Assembly: GCA_041393815.1 (NCBI GenBank)
Contig: JAWKJK010000003.1
Location: 153,562-217,561, forward strand
Direction of reading: 5' to 3'
Source of the DNA: Candidatus Nanopelagicales bacterium
GTDB lineage: Bacteria > Actinomycetota > Actinomycetes > S36-B12 > JAWKJK01
DNA length: 64,000 bases
Shown one piece after another: positions 29,631 to 38,486 of this stretch (positions are counted from its first letter, which is position 1; every line of letters begins with the position of its first letter). Made by a program: the position numbers and the translations under genes. The notes under the pieces are model-generated. The model was not told the DNA's origin, searched no databases, and was given only the letters and a program-made list of their open reading frames with translations.

Positions 29631-30043
29631 ATGCGGCCAGTCACTCTCGTCCCGATCGCCCTGACCGTCCTGGTGTGCGCGGCGTGCGGCGGAACACCCT
29701 CGTCGCAGCCGGCGAGCGCGCAGGCATCCCTGCCGGCGGGTTCGTCGGGTTCCCCGACAACGGAGCATCCGACGTGCAGGTGAATCTGGACCAGGCCAAG
29801 TACGAGATGGACGTGCTGGTGGCCAAGGCCCCGGAGTGCGCCCCGAAGGCCGTGCAGGCGCTCGAGACGCTGGCGGGTGCGGTTGACGAGCTGCTCGTCA
29901 CGTTCCAGCTCGGTGAGAACCCCGCGGTCGTGGCGGCAGACAAGGCGGCGTTGAACGAGGTGCGCGGCCGGGGTATCGACGCGTGGAAGATCATGAAGAT
30001 CAACCCGGTCGGCTGGGAGGGGATCTTCGCGAACGCGCGGTAG
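29631..30043 (+). pseudogene. possible frameshifted lipoprotein gene
   Basis: ATG 29631 encodes MRPVTLVPIALTVLVCAACGGTPSSQPASAQ... and stops at about 29771. The body (ASDVQVNLDQAKYEM...IFANAR) continues in another frame. An in-frame GTG at 29774 is the alternative start for a short cytoplasmic protein. Confidence 0.35.
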
Positions 30044-30085
30044 TTCCGGTCCGGCACGTGACCGGTGCCCACGGTACGCAGAAGC

Positions 30086-30119
30086 GCGCAGTTGATCTTC
30101 CGCGGAAGATCAACTGCGC
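30086..30119. repeat. perfect 34-bp palindrome (family 4, copy 1)
   Basis: GCGCAGTTGATCTTCCG followed by CGGAAGATCAACTGCGC. Confidence 0.9.
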
Positions 30120-30213
30120 TCCCGGGCATGAACTCGGGCCCTTCGAGGCTGCCCTCATGAGGGGGGCCGCGGATACCATGTCGAGGTCTTCGCCGGTAGG
30201 GGGGAGCACGGCC

Positions 30214-31611
30214 ATGGCCCTTCGACTCGTCGGTCATCGACTCGCTGTGGCGGGCCTCGGGATCGCTCTGCTCCTTCCCGCCCAGCTACCAGTGACCGTG
30301 GCTGCGGTCCCTGGTCCGGACGGAGCGGCGTCGGCCGTCGGGCAGTTCGCACTCGTCGATCCGATCGCCACGGCCGTCGACGGCGGCGGCGGAACCGTGG
30401 TCGCCGGCGGATTCCGGGGAACGGCGGTCTTCGGGGACACCACGCTGGTGTCGACCGCCCGTCAGGAGATCTTCGTTGCGAGGCTTGCTCCGTCAGGCAC
30501 CTGGTCGTGGGCGGTGCGCGTCGCCGGCGAGGCGGCCGACACGGCCGACGTACGCGCGGTCGCGGTGGACAAGGGGGGCAACGTCTACGTGACCGGCCGA
30601 TTCTCGGGCCGGCAGGCTTTCGGGTCGACGCTTCTGACGAGCACCCGCTCGGGTGGCGTGAGCGCGATGTACGTGGCCAAGCTGTCGCCGCAGAGAACGT
30701 GGTTGTGGGCACGGAAGCAGCCGGGCGGCTACGCCGGTGACGGGGGGGTGTCCCTCGCGCTCGACCGGCTCGGTCGTCCGGTCGTCGTCGGTGAGATCGG
30801 CGGGCGGCTGATGGTGGCACGGCTGTCCACCAAGGGGAAGTGGCGCTCCCGGGTTTGGGTCCCCGGAGCCGCCGACGGAGCGCTGGCGCTGGACCGACGG
30901 GACAACGTGTACCTGACGGGGAGCTTCTCGGGTCGGCTGAAGTTCGGTCGCACCACGCTCGTCGCAGTCCAGTCGGACCCTGAGCGGTCGGCCCGCGACG
31001 TGTTCGTCGCGAAACTCAGACCGGCGGGGAGTTGGGCGTGGGCCGTGCGAGGAGGGGGCACGTCGGACGAGCAGGCTACGGCGATCGCTCGGGACCCGAA
31101 AGGCAACCTCCTCGTCACCGGAGTCCTCTGGGGCCCATCGGCCAGATTCGGCACGTCGAACGTGACCAGCCAGGGTCTGAGCGACGTCTTCGTCGCCAAG
31201 CTGGACTCGAGGGGTCGATGGCGGTGGGCGGTCGCAGGCGGTGGCGCGGATTACGACGCGCCGCAGTCCATCGCGGTCGCGGCTGCGGGCTGGGCCGTGG
31301 TGACGGGCTACGTACACGGGACGGCGACCTTCGGATCCAGCACCGTGACGGGGCTGGAGTCGAACGGCGCCGGTGCCTTCGTCGCCCGCGTGGGTCCCAC
31401 GGGAGCCTGGGCCTGGGCCACGACGGCGGGCCCTCCGGAGGAGCCCAACTTCGGTTGGTCGGTTCAGGTCACCAGTTCGGGAGTGGTCGAGGTCACCGGC
31501 GGGTGGCCGGGGTCGTTGGACGTCGGGCCGACCACGTCCGCATCGGGGTGGTTGTGGGTCTCCCGACTTTCCCCCTCGGGGACGTGGATTCCGGTGGTGG
31601 CACCGTCCTGA
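30214..31611 (+). CDS. secreted beta-propeller repeat (SBBP-like) protein
   Basis: Signal MALRLVGHRLAVAGLGIALLL. Recurring units: GGNVYVTGRFSGRQAFGSTLL, DNVYLTGSFSGRLKFGRTTL, KGNLLVTGVLWGPSARFGTS, WAVVTGYVHGTATFGSST. GGGGGAG SD before ATG 30214. Confidence 0.75.
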   Translation: MALRLVGHRLAVAGLGIALLLPAQLPVTVAAVPGPDGAASAVGQFALVDPIATAVDGGGGTVVAGGFRGTAVFGDTTLVSTARQEIFVARLAPSGTWSWAVRVAGEAADTADVRAVAVDKGGNVYVTGRFSGRQAFGSTLLTSTRSGGVSAMYVAKLSPQRTWLWARKQPGGYAGDGGVSLALDRLGRPVVVGEIGGRLMVARLSTKGKWRSRVWVPGAADGALALDRRDNVYLTGSFSGRLKFGRTTLVAVQSDPERSARDVFVAKLRPAGSWAWAVRGGGTSDEQATAIARDPKGNLLVTGVLWGPSARFGTSNVTSQGLSDVFVAKLDSRGRWRWAVAGGGADYDAPQSIAVAAAGWAVVTGYVHGTATFGSSTVTGLESNGAGAFVARVGPTGAWAWATTAGPPEEPNFGWSVQVTSSGVVEVTGGWPGSLDVGPTTSASGWLWVSRLSPSGTWIPVVAPS

Positions 31612-31649
31612 GGAGGCAGACCACAGACGGCCGCTTGTGGTGCCACTGG

Positions 31650-31935
31650 CCTGCTACTGGACGGCGGGCAGGTCGTGCTGTGTGGCACGAGGGCTCGCGG
31701 GCGGGGCAGGAACGGGCCCGGTCACCTTCCCGCCGCAGCGTCGGGGGCAGGCACCTGTGCCTGGCGGACTTCTTCCGGCCGAAGGAGTCCGGGCAGACCA
31801 ACGTGGTCGCGTTCCACGTGGTCACCATGGGCAACCCGGTCTCGGAGGCGACGGCGAAGCTGTTCGAGTCCGACTCGTACCGGGACTACCTGGAGCTGCA
31901 CGGGCTGTCGGTGCAGCTGACCGAGGCGCTGGCGG
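31650..31935 (+). pseudogene. degenerate duplicate of an internal metH fragment (matches 28994-29281)
   Basis: Direct nucleotide alignment. The 5' third has a 2-nt insertion, a 1-nt deletion and clustered substitutions. The last ~190 nt differ at only 4 positions by eye. Translation: WHEGSRAGQERAR..HLCLADFFRPKESGQTNVVAFHVVTMGNPVSEATAKLFESDSYRDYLELHGLSVQLTEALA. Confidence 0.85.
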
Positions 31936-31984
31936 TTCGCGAACGCGCGGTAGACCCGGGCCGGCTGCCGGCTGCTCGCGCATA

Positions 31985-32013
31985 CAGTTGATCTTCCGCG
32001 GAAGAACAACTTG
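31985..32013. repeat. degenerate copy of the family-4 palindrome
   Basis: CAGTTGATCTTCCGCGGAAGAACAACTTG. Preceded at 31936-31953 by TTCGCGAACGCGCGGTAG, which is identical to 30026-30043. Confidence 0.8.
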
Positions 32014-32017
32014 TCCC

Positions 32018-32065
32018 TTGTGGTGCCGGTTGCGCGCGCTGTAGCGCGCGCAACCGGCACCACAA
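32018..32065. repeat. 22-bp-stem hairpin
   Basis: TTGTGGTGCCGGTTGCGCGCGC-TGTA-GCGCGCGCAACCGGCACCACAA. Confidence 0.85.
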
Positions 32066-32097
32066 AGGGGGTTGAATCAGTGGGTGGGAGGTGCGCG

Positions 32098-32427
32098 ATG
32101 GACTCCGACCTGAAGGCACTGCCGAGCTGGTTCCAGATGAGCGAGGGCGACCGTGCGCAGGCGGCCCGCCACGTGTACGAGCTGCACCAGCACGGCACCG
32201 GGCAGCACCACGGGGAGCCGCCGGTCCCGGACGTCCGATACCGGGACGATCCCGCGTTGGCGGCACTGGACGCCGGGAGCGCGTCCCGGCACGCGATGCA
32301 CGTGACGGACGGCGGCTGGGAGGAGCTGTGCTGGCGGGAGACCGAGGAGGAGGCCGCCCGGCTGTGCATGCTGGCCCAGGCCGCGGACGGGCTCTCGCCG
32401 GGTGCGCCCCCCAGCGCGCTCGGATAG
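32098..32427 (+). CDS. hypothetical protein
   Basis: ATG with a GGGAGG SD 7 nt upstream: MDSDLKALPSWFQMSEGDRAQAARHVYELHQHG. No recognisable family. Confidence 0.45.
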   Translation: MDSDLKALPSWFQMSEGDRAQAARHVYELHQHGTGQHHGEPPVPDVRYRDDPALAALDAGSASRHAMHVTDGGWEELCWRETEEEAARLCMLAQAADGLSPGAPPSALG

Positions 32428-32451
32428 GGGTTCTGCGGTAGGAACATCCCC

Positions 32452-33114
32452 GTGGACGCGCTGCTGTTCGACATGGACGGCACCCTGATCGACTCCGAGC
32501 ACCTGTGGCTCGAGGCCGAGATCGCCACGATGGCGTCACTCGGTTCCGCGTGGACCGACGAGGACCAGGCCTACTCCCTCGGCGGCCCGATGGAGCGCGT
32601 GATCGCGTACATGGTCGAGAAGGCCGGCGGCGGCCACGACCACGGTGAGGTGACCGCCACGCTGCTCGGGCACATGGAGCGGCTGCTGCGGTCCGAGCAC
32701 ATCCCGTGGCGCCCCGGGGCGCGGGAGCTGCTGCAGGAGGCCATCGACGCCGATCTGCCCAGGGCGCTGGTCTCCGCGTCGTGGCGCACCCTGGTCGACG
32801 CGATGCACGAGGAGGTCCTGCACGAGGTCGGCCGCAACGCCTTCCCGGTCACCGTGGCCGGGGACGAGGTGAAGGTCGGCAAGCCCGACCCGGCGCCGTA
32901 CCTGCTCGCAGCCCGCCGCCTCGGCGTCGATCCGCGCCGCTGCGTGGTTCTGGAGGACTCGCCCACCGGCGTCACCGCGGGACGGGCCTCCGGCGCCCTC
33001 GTCGTCGCGGTGCCGCACATGGTGCCGATCGAGCCGGGGGAGCGGTGCGTCGTCGTCCCCACCCTGGAGGGCGTCACGCTGGCGGACCTCGAGCGGTGGC
33101 TCGCCGAGGCGTAG
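32452..33114 (+). CDS. HAD-IA family hydrolase
   Basis: LLFDMDGTLIDSE motif I and the VLEDSPTGV motif. Confidence 0.85.
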   Translation: MDALLFDMDGTLIDSEHLWLEAEIATMASLGSAWTDEDQAYSLGGPMERVIAYMVEKAGGGHDHGEVTATLLGHMERLLRSEHIPWRPGARELLQEAIDADLPRALVSASWRTLVDAMHEEVLHEVGRNAFPVTVAGDEVKVGKPDPAPYLLAARRLGVDPRRCVVLEDSPTGVTAGRASGALVVAVPHMVPIEPGERCVVVPTLEGVTLADLERWLAEA

Positions 33115-33141
33115 CCGGTCGGTGCCGTCCCGCGTCAGCAC

Positions 33142-35691
33142 CTACTCGGTGGCGATGGCGCGCAGCACGTCCAGCCGGGACGCGCGCCAGGCCGGCCACA
33201 CCGCAGCCACGATCCCGCCGAGCGCCCCGAGCAGGACGAAGGCGACGAGCTGCCCGCCGGGTACGGACAGCTGGCTGATGCCCTGCGGCTCCAGGACCCG
33301 TTGCAGCAGTGACCCATAGACCAAACCGGTCGCGACGCCCACGAGGGCGCCGAACACGGCCATCAGCATCGCCTCCAGCACCACCATCCGGCGCACCTGC
33401 GACCGGGCGGTGCCGACGGCGCGCAGCAGGCCGATCTCCCGGGTGCGCTCGAAGACGCTGAGGGACAACGTGTTCACGATGCCGAGGAACGCGACGATGA
33501 CCGACAGGGCCAGCAGCGCGTACACGAACCCGAAGAGCACGTCGAACTGGCTGTTGATCTCGCGCTTGATGTCGGCCTGGTCCTGTACGCGGACGCTCGG
33601 GTACGGCTTGAGGCGCTCGGTCAGGTCGGCGCGCACGGCGTCCGCGTCGGCCCCCGGTGCCAGCCGGATGTAGACGGCGCTGTCACGCTCCAGGGAGCCG
33701 ATGCTGGTGATCGTGTTGAGGTTGACCACGTAGCCCTGGAAGAAGCCGGCCGGCTCGTACGTGCCCACCAGCTTCAACGTCCCCGGCCCGTTGACGAACG
33801 TCGCCTCCACGTCCTCCCCGACGGTCAGCCCCAGCTCGCGCGCCGTGGTGGTGTCGACCACCACGTTGCCCAGGCCGAGGTCCGACAGCGACCCCTCCAC
33901 CATCGTGATGTCCAGCACCTGGGGGAGCGCCTGCGGATCCACTCCGGTCAGCGGGGCCCGTTGGCCGTCGACCTCGATCGGCACCTGGCGGGCGTACGTG
34001 ACCACGGCGGTGCCGGGAGTGTCCGCGATCGCCTTGTAGACGTCGTGCGTGAACGGCTGGAACGTCCGGCCGAAGACCACGAAGTCGGCGCCGATCGTGT
34101 CGTCCACGACCTCGGTGACGGAGGCCTTGGCCGACGCCGCGATGACGCCGATCGTGGTCATCAGCGCCAGGCCGATCGCCAGCGCGCTCGCGGTGGCGGC
34201 GGTCCGACGGGGGTTGCGGCGGCCGTTCTCCACGGCCAGCCGACCGACCGCCCAACGCCGCCAGGGCAGCCCGAGGGCGCGCAGCAGTGGCCGCGACAGC
34301 CACGGCGTGAGCGCGATGACGCCCACGAGCGCGAGCAGCGCCGACAGGCCCACCCAGGTCGCGGCGCGCTCGGTGTCGTCGGCGGCCAGTGCCAGCCCCC
34401 GGATCGCTGTGGGTACGGCGAGCAGCACGAGCACCGCCCCGACGACGGTCAGGCGGCGCAGCGAGCGCTGGGGCAGTGCAGTGTCCTCGCGCATCGCGGC
34501 CACCGGCGGGATCACCGCCGCGCGCCGGGCCGGTAGTAGCGCCGCCAGGACGGTTACGACGAGCCCGACGCCCACCGCGAGGACGATGGTGGACGGCTCC
34601 ACCACGAGCGGGCCGGGGGGCAGTGAGGCGCCGAAGGTGGCGAACAGCGTACGAAGCAGCAGCGAGACCCCGATCCCGCCGGCCAGCCCCAGCGCTGCGG
34701 CGACCACGCCCACGAGCGCGGCCTCGACGACCACCGAGCCGCTGACCTGGCCCCGGGTGGCACCGACGGCGCGCAGCATCGCCAGCTCGCGGGTGCGCTG
34801 CGCCACGAGCATGGAGAACGTGTTGAAGATCAGGAACGTCGACACGAACAGCGCGATCAGGCCGAACACCAGCAGGAACGTGTTGAAGAAGGCGAAGCCC
34901 TCCTCGATCCGCTGGGCGATGTCGTCGGTGCTCTCCTGACCGGTACGGATCGTCACGTCCGGTCCGAGCTGCGCGGCGACGGCCTCGCGCAGCTGGTCCT
35001 GGCTCACCCCGGGCGCGGCGGACACGACCACCTGGGTGAGCTCCGGGGCACCGAGCAGCGCCTGTTGCGCCGTGGCGAGGTCGAAGACGGTCAGGGTTCC
35101 GCCCAGGCTGCCGGAGATGCCGCGGGACACCAGCCCGACCACGGTCGGCTCGAGGACCCCCGCCTCGGGCGTGTCGATCCGGATCCGGTCGCCGACCGAG
35201 ACCGAGGCCTGCTGCGCGGTGCTGTCGAGCAGCGCGACCTCGTCGCCCGACTCCGGCGCCCGCCCACTGGTCACCCGAAGCGACGTGAGGGCCTGGTCGG
35301 GGACCCAGGACTGGGCCCGTGCCGGCGGACCGGCAGGTCCCACCGGGACGTCGTCGGGGCCGAGGACGAAGACGTTGGAGCCCGACACCACGCCGTACGC
35401 GGCGGCCACCCCGTCGACCCCGCGGACGTCGGTCAGCACCGAGTCGGGGAACGTGAGCGGCTGGGCGCCGAAGCCGCCGCCGCCCCCGGCCCCGGAGCCG
35501 TCGAGCTCGGACTTGGGCGTCACGACCAGGTCCGGCTGCGGCTGCAGGAAGAGCTCGTCGAAGGAGCGCTTCAGCGAGTCGGTGAAGATGTTGGTCCCCG
35601 TGATGAACGCGATGCCCAGGGCGATCGTCAGGACCGTCAGCGACAGGCGGAGCTTGTGCGCGAACAGGTTCCGCAGGGCGGCGCGGAGCAT
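33142..35691 (-). CDS. ABC transporter permease with two FtsX-like domains (MacB-type)
   Basis: 849 aa with repeated 4-TM FtsX modules and large extracytoplasmic loops. Confidence 0.85.
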   Translation of the reverse strand: MLRAALRNLFAHKLRLSLTVLTIALGIAFITGTNIFTDSLKRSFDELFLQPQPDLVVTPKSELDGSGAGGGGGFGAQPLTFPDSVLTDVRGVDGVAAAYGVVSGSNVFVLGPDDVPVGPAGPPARAQSWVPDQALTSLRVTSGRAPESGDEVALLDSTAQQASVSVGDRIRIDTPEAGVLEPTVVGLVSRGISGSLGGTLTVFDLATAQQALLGAPELTQVVVSAAPGVSQDQLREAVAAQLGPDVTIRTGQESTDDIAQRIEEGFAFFNTFLLVFGLIALFVSTFLIFNTFSMLVAQRTRELAMLRAVGATRGQVSGSVVVEAALVGVVAAALGLAGGIGVSLLLRTLFATFGASLPPGPLVVEPSTIVLAVGVGLVVTVLAALLPARRAAVIPPVAAMREDTALPQRSLRRLTVVGAVLVLLAVPTAIRGLALAADDTERAATWVGLSALLALVGVIALTPWLSRPLLRALGLPWRRWAVGRLAVENGRRNPRRTAATASALAIGLALMTTIGVIAASAKASVTEVVDDTIGADFVVFGRTFQPFTHDVYKAIADTPGTAVVTYARQVPIEVDGQRAPLTGVDPQALPQVLDITMVEGSLSDLGLGNVVVDTTTARELGLTVGEDVEATFVNGPGTLKLVGTYEPAGFFQGYVVNLNTITSIGSLERDSAVYIRLAPGADADAVRADLTERLKPYPSVRVQDQADIKREINSQFDVLFGFVYALLALSVIVAFLGIVNTLSLSVFERTREIGLLRAVGTARSQVRRMVVLEAMLMAVFGALVGVATGLVYGSLLQRVLEPQGISQLSVPGGQLVAFVLLGALGGIVAAVWPAWRASRLDVLRAIATE

Positions 35692-35697
35692 CGCGGG

Positions 35698-36462
35698 TCA
35701 GTCCCGACCGGCGGGCTCGAACCCGTCGAACGCGCGCATCCGGCCCAGCACCGCGTCCGGCGTCGGGTCCATGATCTCGTCCACGATCTGGCCGTCGGCC
35801 AGGAAGAGCACCCGGTCGGCGTACGACGCGGCACCCGGGTCGTGGGTCACCATGACGATCGTCTGGCCGAACTCGTCGACGCTGCGCCGCAGGAAGCCGA
35901 GCACCTCCGCTCCCGAGCGGGAGTCCAAGTTGCCGGTGGGCTCGTCGGCGAACACGATCTGCGGCCGGCTCGCCAGTGCCCGGGCGCAGGCGACCCGCTG
36001 CTGCTGGCCGCCGGACAGCTCGCTGGGCTTGTGACCGAGCCGGTCGCGCAGCCCGATCGTGTCGATCACGGTGTCGACCCAGGCACGGTCGGGCTTCCGC
36101 CCGGCGATGTCCAGCGGCAGCGTGATGTTCTCCGCCGCGGTGAGCGTGGGCACCAGGTTGAAGGACTGGAACACGAAGCCGACCGCGTCCCGGCGCAGCC
36201 GCGTGAGCTGCTTGTCCGACAGCGACGTCAGGTCGGTGTCGCCGATGAACACGCGGCCCTCGGTGATCGTGTCCAGCCCGGCGAGGCAGTGCATCAGCGT
36301 GGACTTGCCCGACCCGGACGGTCCCATGATCGCCGTGAAGCGACCGGCGGCGACGTCCACGTCGACCCGGTCCAGCGCGACCACCCGGGTGTTGCCCTCG
36401 CCGTAGACCTTGACCAGGCCGCGGGCCCGGGCGGCCGGCTGCTCGGCGCTCGTCTCCTCCAC
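35698..36462 (-). CDS. ABC transporter ATP-binding protein
   Basis: GPSGSGKST, LSGGQQQRVACARAL and IVFADEPTGNLD motifs. Confidence 0.9.
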   Translation of the reverse strand: MEETSAEQPAARARGLVKVYGEGNTRVVALDRVDVDVAAGRFTAIMGPSGSGKSTLMHCLAGLDTITEGRVFIGDTDLTSLSDKQLTRLRRDAVGFVFQSFNLVPTLTAAENITLPLDIAGRKPDRAWVDTVIDTIGLRDRLGHKPSELSGGQQQRVACARALASRPQIVFADEPTGNLDSRSGAEVLGFLRRSVDEFGQTIVMVTHDPGAASYADRVLFLADGQIVDEIMDPTPDAVLGRMRAFDGFEPAGRD

Positions 36463-36582
36463 GGCGTCACGCTAACCCAGGGGCAGCCGCCCAGCGCGCG
36501 GGCGGTCCGTCGGCCCGAGACGGCCCGCCGTGGCGCCCCGGCAGCGGCATGACGGGCCCGGCAGGCTCGACGCGCCCCGGCG

Positions 36583-37497
36583 TCAGTCGTCCGCGACGGG
36601 GGAGAAGTCGTCGGCCCGCAGGTCGGCCGGCGGCGCGGCGGGTGGCAGCGGCGGTGGCGTACCGCCCCAGGCCGGGCACCGGGCGCGGTGGTCGCACCAG
36701 TCGCACAGCCGCGAGGGGCTCGCCCGCCAGTCACCGGTCTCCGTCGCCCGGTCGATCGCGGCCCGTAGGGACTCCAGTTTGCGCTCGGTGGCGCGCAGGT
36801 CGGCCTCGTCCGGCTGGTAGCGCAGCACCTCGCCGTTGCCGAGGTAGAGCAACTGCAGCATCCGGGGCACCACGCCGTGCATGCGCCACAGCACCAGGGC
36901 GTAGAAGCGCATCTGGAACAGGGCCTTCTGCTCGAACGACTCCGACGGCGACCGCCCGGTCTTGTAGTCCACGACCCGGACCAGCCCGTCCGGCGACACG
37001 TCCACGCGGTCGATGAAGCCCCGCAGGACCAGCCCGGAGTCGAGGGCGACCTCGACTCGCAGCTCGCGCTCCGCGGGCTCCAGCCGCGTGGGGTCCTCCA
37101 GGGCGAAGTACGTGGCCAGCAGCGGTTCGCTCTCCGCGAGCCAGGACGCCAGGGTGTCGGGGTCCGGGTCGGGGGCGGGGGTGCCGTCGAGGTGGGCCTG
37201 CCACACCTCGTCGTCATGGAACACCGTGACGACCGATGGGTCGTCCTCGCGCAGCCGCTGCCACTCCGGCTGCAGCAGGTCACGCGCGGACTCCGGCGTG
37301 CGCCGGTCCGCGGGCAGGTCGAACAGCCGCTCCAGCACCGCGTGGACCAGGGTGCCTCGTACGGCGGCGGCGCCCGGGCGCTCGGGGATGCGGTCGACGA
37401 CCCGGAACCGGTAGAGCAGCGGGCAGGTCATGAAGTCGCTGGCCCGCGAGGGCGACAGCGACCGGGGGACGGGCGGGGCGGAGGTCGAGCTGCTCAC
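36583..37497 (-). CDS. RecB-family PD-(D/E)XK nuclease with a C-terminal Cys cluster
   Basis: SLSPSRASDFMTCPLLYRFR...GFIDRVD...DYKTG...CDWCDHRARCPAWGG. Start moved to GTG 37497 so the family-2 palindrome is excluded. Confidence 0.8.
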   Translation of the reverse strand: MSSSTSAPPVPRSLSPSRASDFMTCPLLYRFRVVDRIPERPGAAAVRGTLVHAVLERLFDLPADRRTPESARDLLQPEWQRLREDDPSVVTVFHDDEVWQAHLDGTPAPDPDPDTLASWLAESEPLLATYFALEDPTRLEPAERELRVEVALDSGLVLRGFIDRVDVSPDGLVRVVDYKTGRSPSESFEQKALFQMRFYALVLWRMHGVVPRMLQLLYLGNGEVLRYQPDEADLRATERKLESLRAAIDRATETGDWRASPSRLCDWCDHRARCPAWGGTPPPLPPAAPPADLRADDFSPVADD

Positions 37498-37550
37498 GGT
37501 CCGGGAGCGTACGGGGGCCCTCCGACACGCCGCCGCATCGCCGTTCCGCG

Positions 37551-37607
37551 AGTGCTCGCTCGTGGGGGTTTCAGGACCGTCCCGAAACCCCCACGAGAGA
37601 GCACTCG
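37551..37607. repeat. family-2 palindromic repeat, copy A
   Basis: GAGTGCTCGCTCGTGGGGGTTTCAGGACCGTCCCGAAACCCCCACGAGAGAGCACTC, followed by a G-run tract (GGGGAGGG...GGGTGGGCGGGG). Confidence 0.9.
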
Positions 37608-37688
37608 ACGGGGAGGGTCGTGCGGGTGGGCGGGGTCGAGCGGCGCGGCGCCCGCGCTCCGGCCGGACGCGGGGGGACACTGGCGCCG

Positions 37689-38477
37689 ATGACGACCGCG
37701 CCGAGCGGGGCCGTCCCCCCGCCGCGGGAGGGCCGGCCGGACGGCGAGCACCGCCGCGGGTCGTGGGCGCGCGCCACCGCGGAGCGCACCGTACGGCTGC
37801 TCGCGGAGCGGCACCGGATCGAGGTGGACCCCGGCGGGCTGGCCGAGCACCTGCGTGAGCGGGTGGAGCAGGTCGCGGTCGTCATGGCGGTCACCCCGCG
37901 GGAGGCGCGGCGGTACTTCGAGCCCGAGCGGCTGGCCGACCTGCTCGCGGAGCAGCTGGCCGACGAGCCCGAGAAGCACGGCCCCGCCGCCATCACCCCG
38001 CTCCCGGTCGAGCCGACGCTGGCCGCGGCCCGTACGAACGACGACCGGGTCGGCTCCGCACCGGTGGATCTGGCCGACCTCGGGTACGCCGTCGCCTGGT
38101 GCGGCCTGGTCGCCGCGCGGAACGGCGACACCGAGCTGGCCGCCGCGGCCGCCCTCCAGTCTGCGCGGGTGTCCTGCCTGATCGCGGACCTGCTGCGGTC
38201 CGGTCCCGACCCGACGGCCGAGCGACCCGGAGGGGCGCAGATCGCGATCGAGCTGGTGGCGCCGTTCCGGGACGACCTGGTCGCCCTGATGGACCGCGTC
38301 GCGGCCCGGATCCGGAGCGGACGCTTCCGCGACCTTCCGGGCTCGCACGACCCGGCTGCGGCGCTGCGCGACCTGGAGGCGGCGCGCGAGGCGCTGGGGG
38401 CACCCGGCGGGGGCGCCGGCGCGCCGGGCACCGCCGCCGGCGAACCGCCGCGGGCCGACGCGCCGCAGCCGACCTAG
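37689..38477 (+). CDS. hypothetical protein
   Basis: Strong G/C third-position bias in this frame. Starts MTTAPSGAVPPPREG. No recognisable family. Confidence 0.5.
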   Translation: MTTAPSGAVPPPREGRPDGEHRRGSWARATAERTVRLLAERHRIEVDPGGLAEHLRERVEQVAVVMAVTPREARRYFEPERLADLLAEQLADEPEKHGPAAITPLPVEPTLAAARTNDDRVGSAPVDLADLGYAVAWCGLVAARNGDTELAAAAALQSARVSCLIADLLRSGPDPTAERPGGAQIAIELVAPFRDDLVALMDRVAARIRSGRFRDLPGSHDPAAALRDLEAAREALGAPGGGAGAPGTAAGEPPRADAPQPT

Positions 38478-38486
38478 CATCGACCC

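Noticed and set aside
29983-30213. N-terminal extension of the beta-propeller protein as drawn in the ORF track (start 29983).
   Set aside because: The extension would read through the stop region of the preceding gene and the 34-bp palindrome. A proper signal peptide with a strong SD begins at ATG 30214.
36294-37283. 329-aa minus-strand ORF overlapping the ABC ATPase start and the RecB-like nuclease gene in another frame.
   Set aside because: It is an alternate frame of a gene with clear PD-(D/E)XK and Cys-cluster motifs, and its product is Arg/Pro/Thr-rich.
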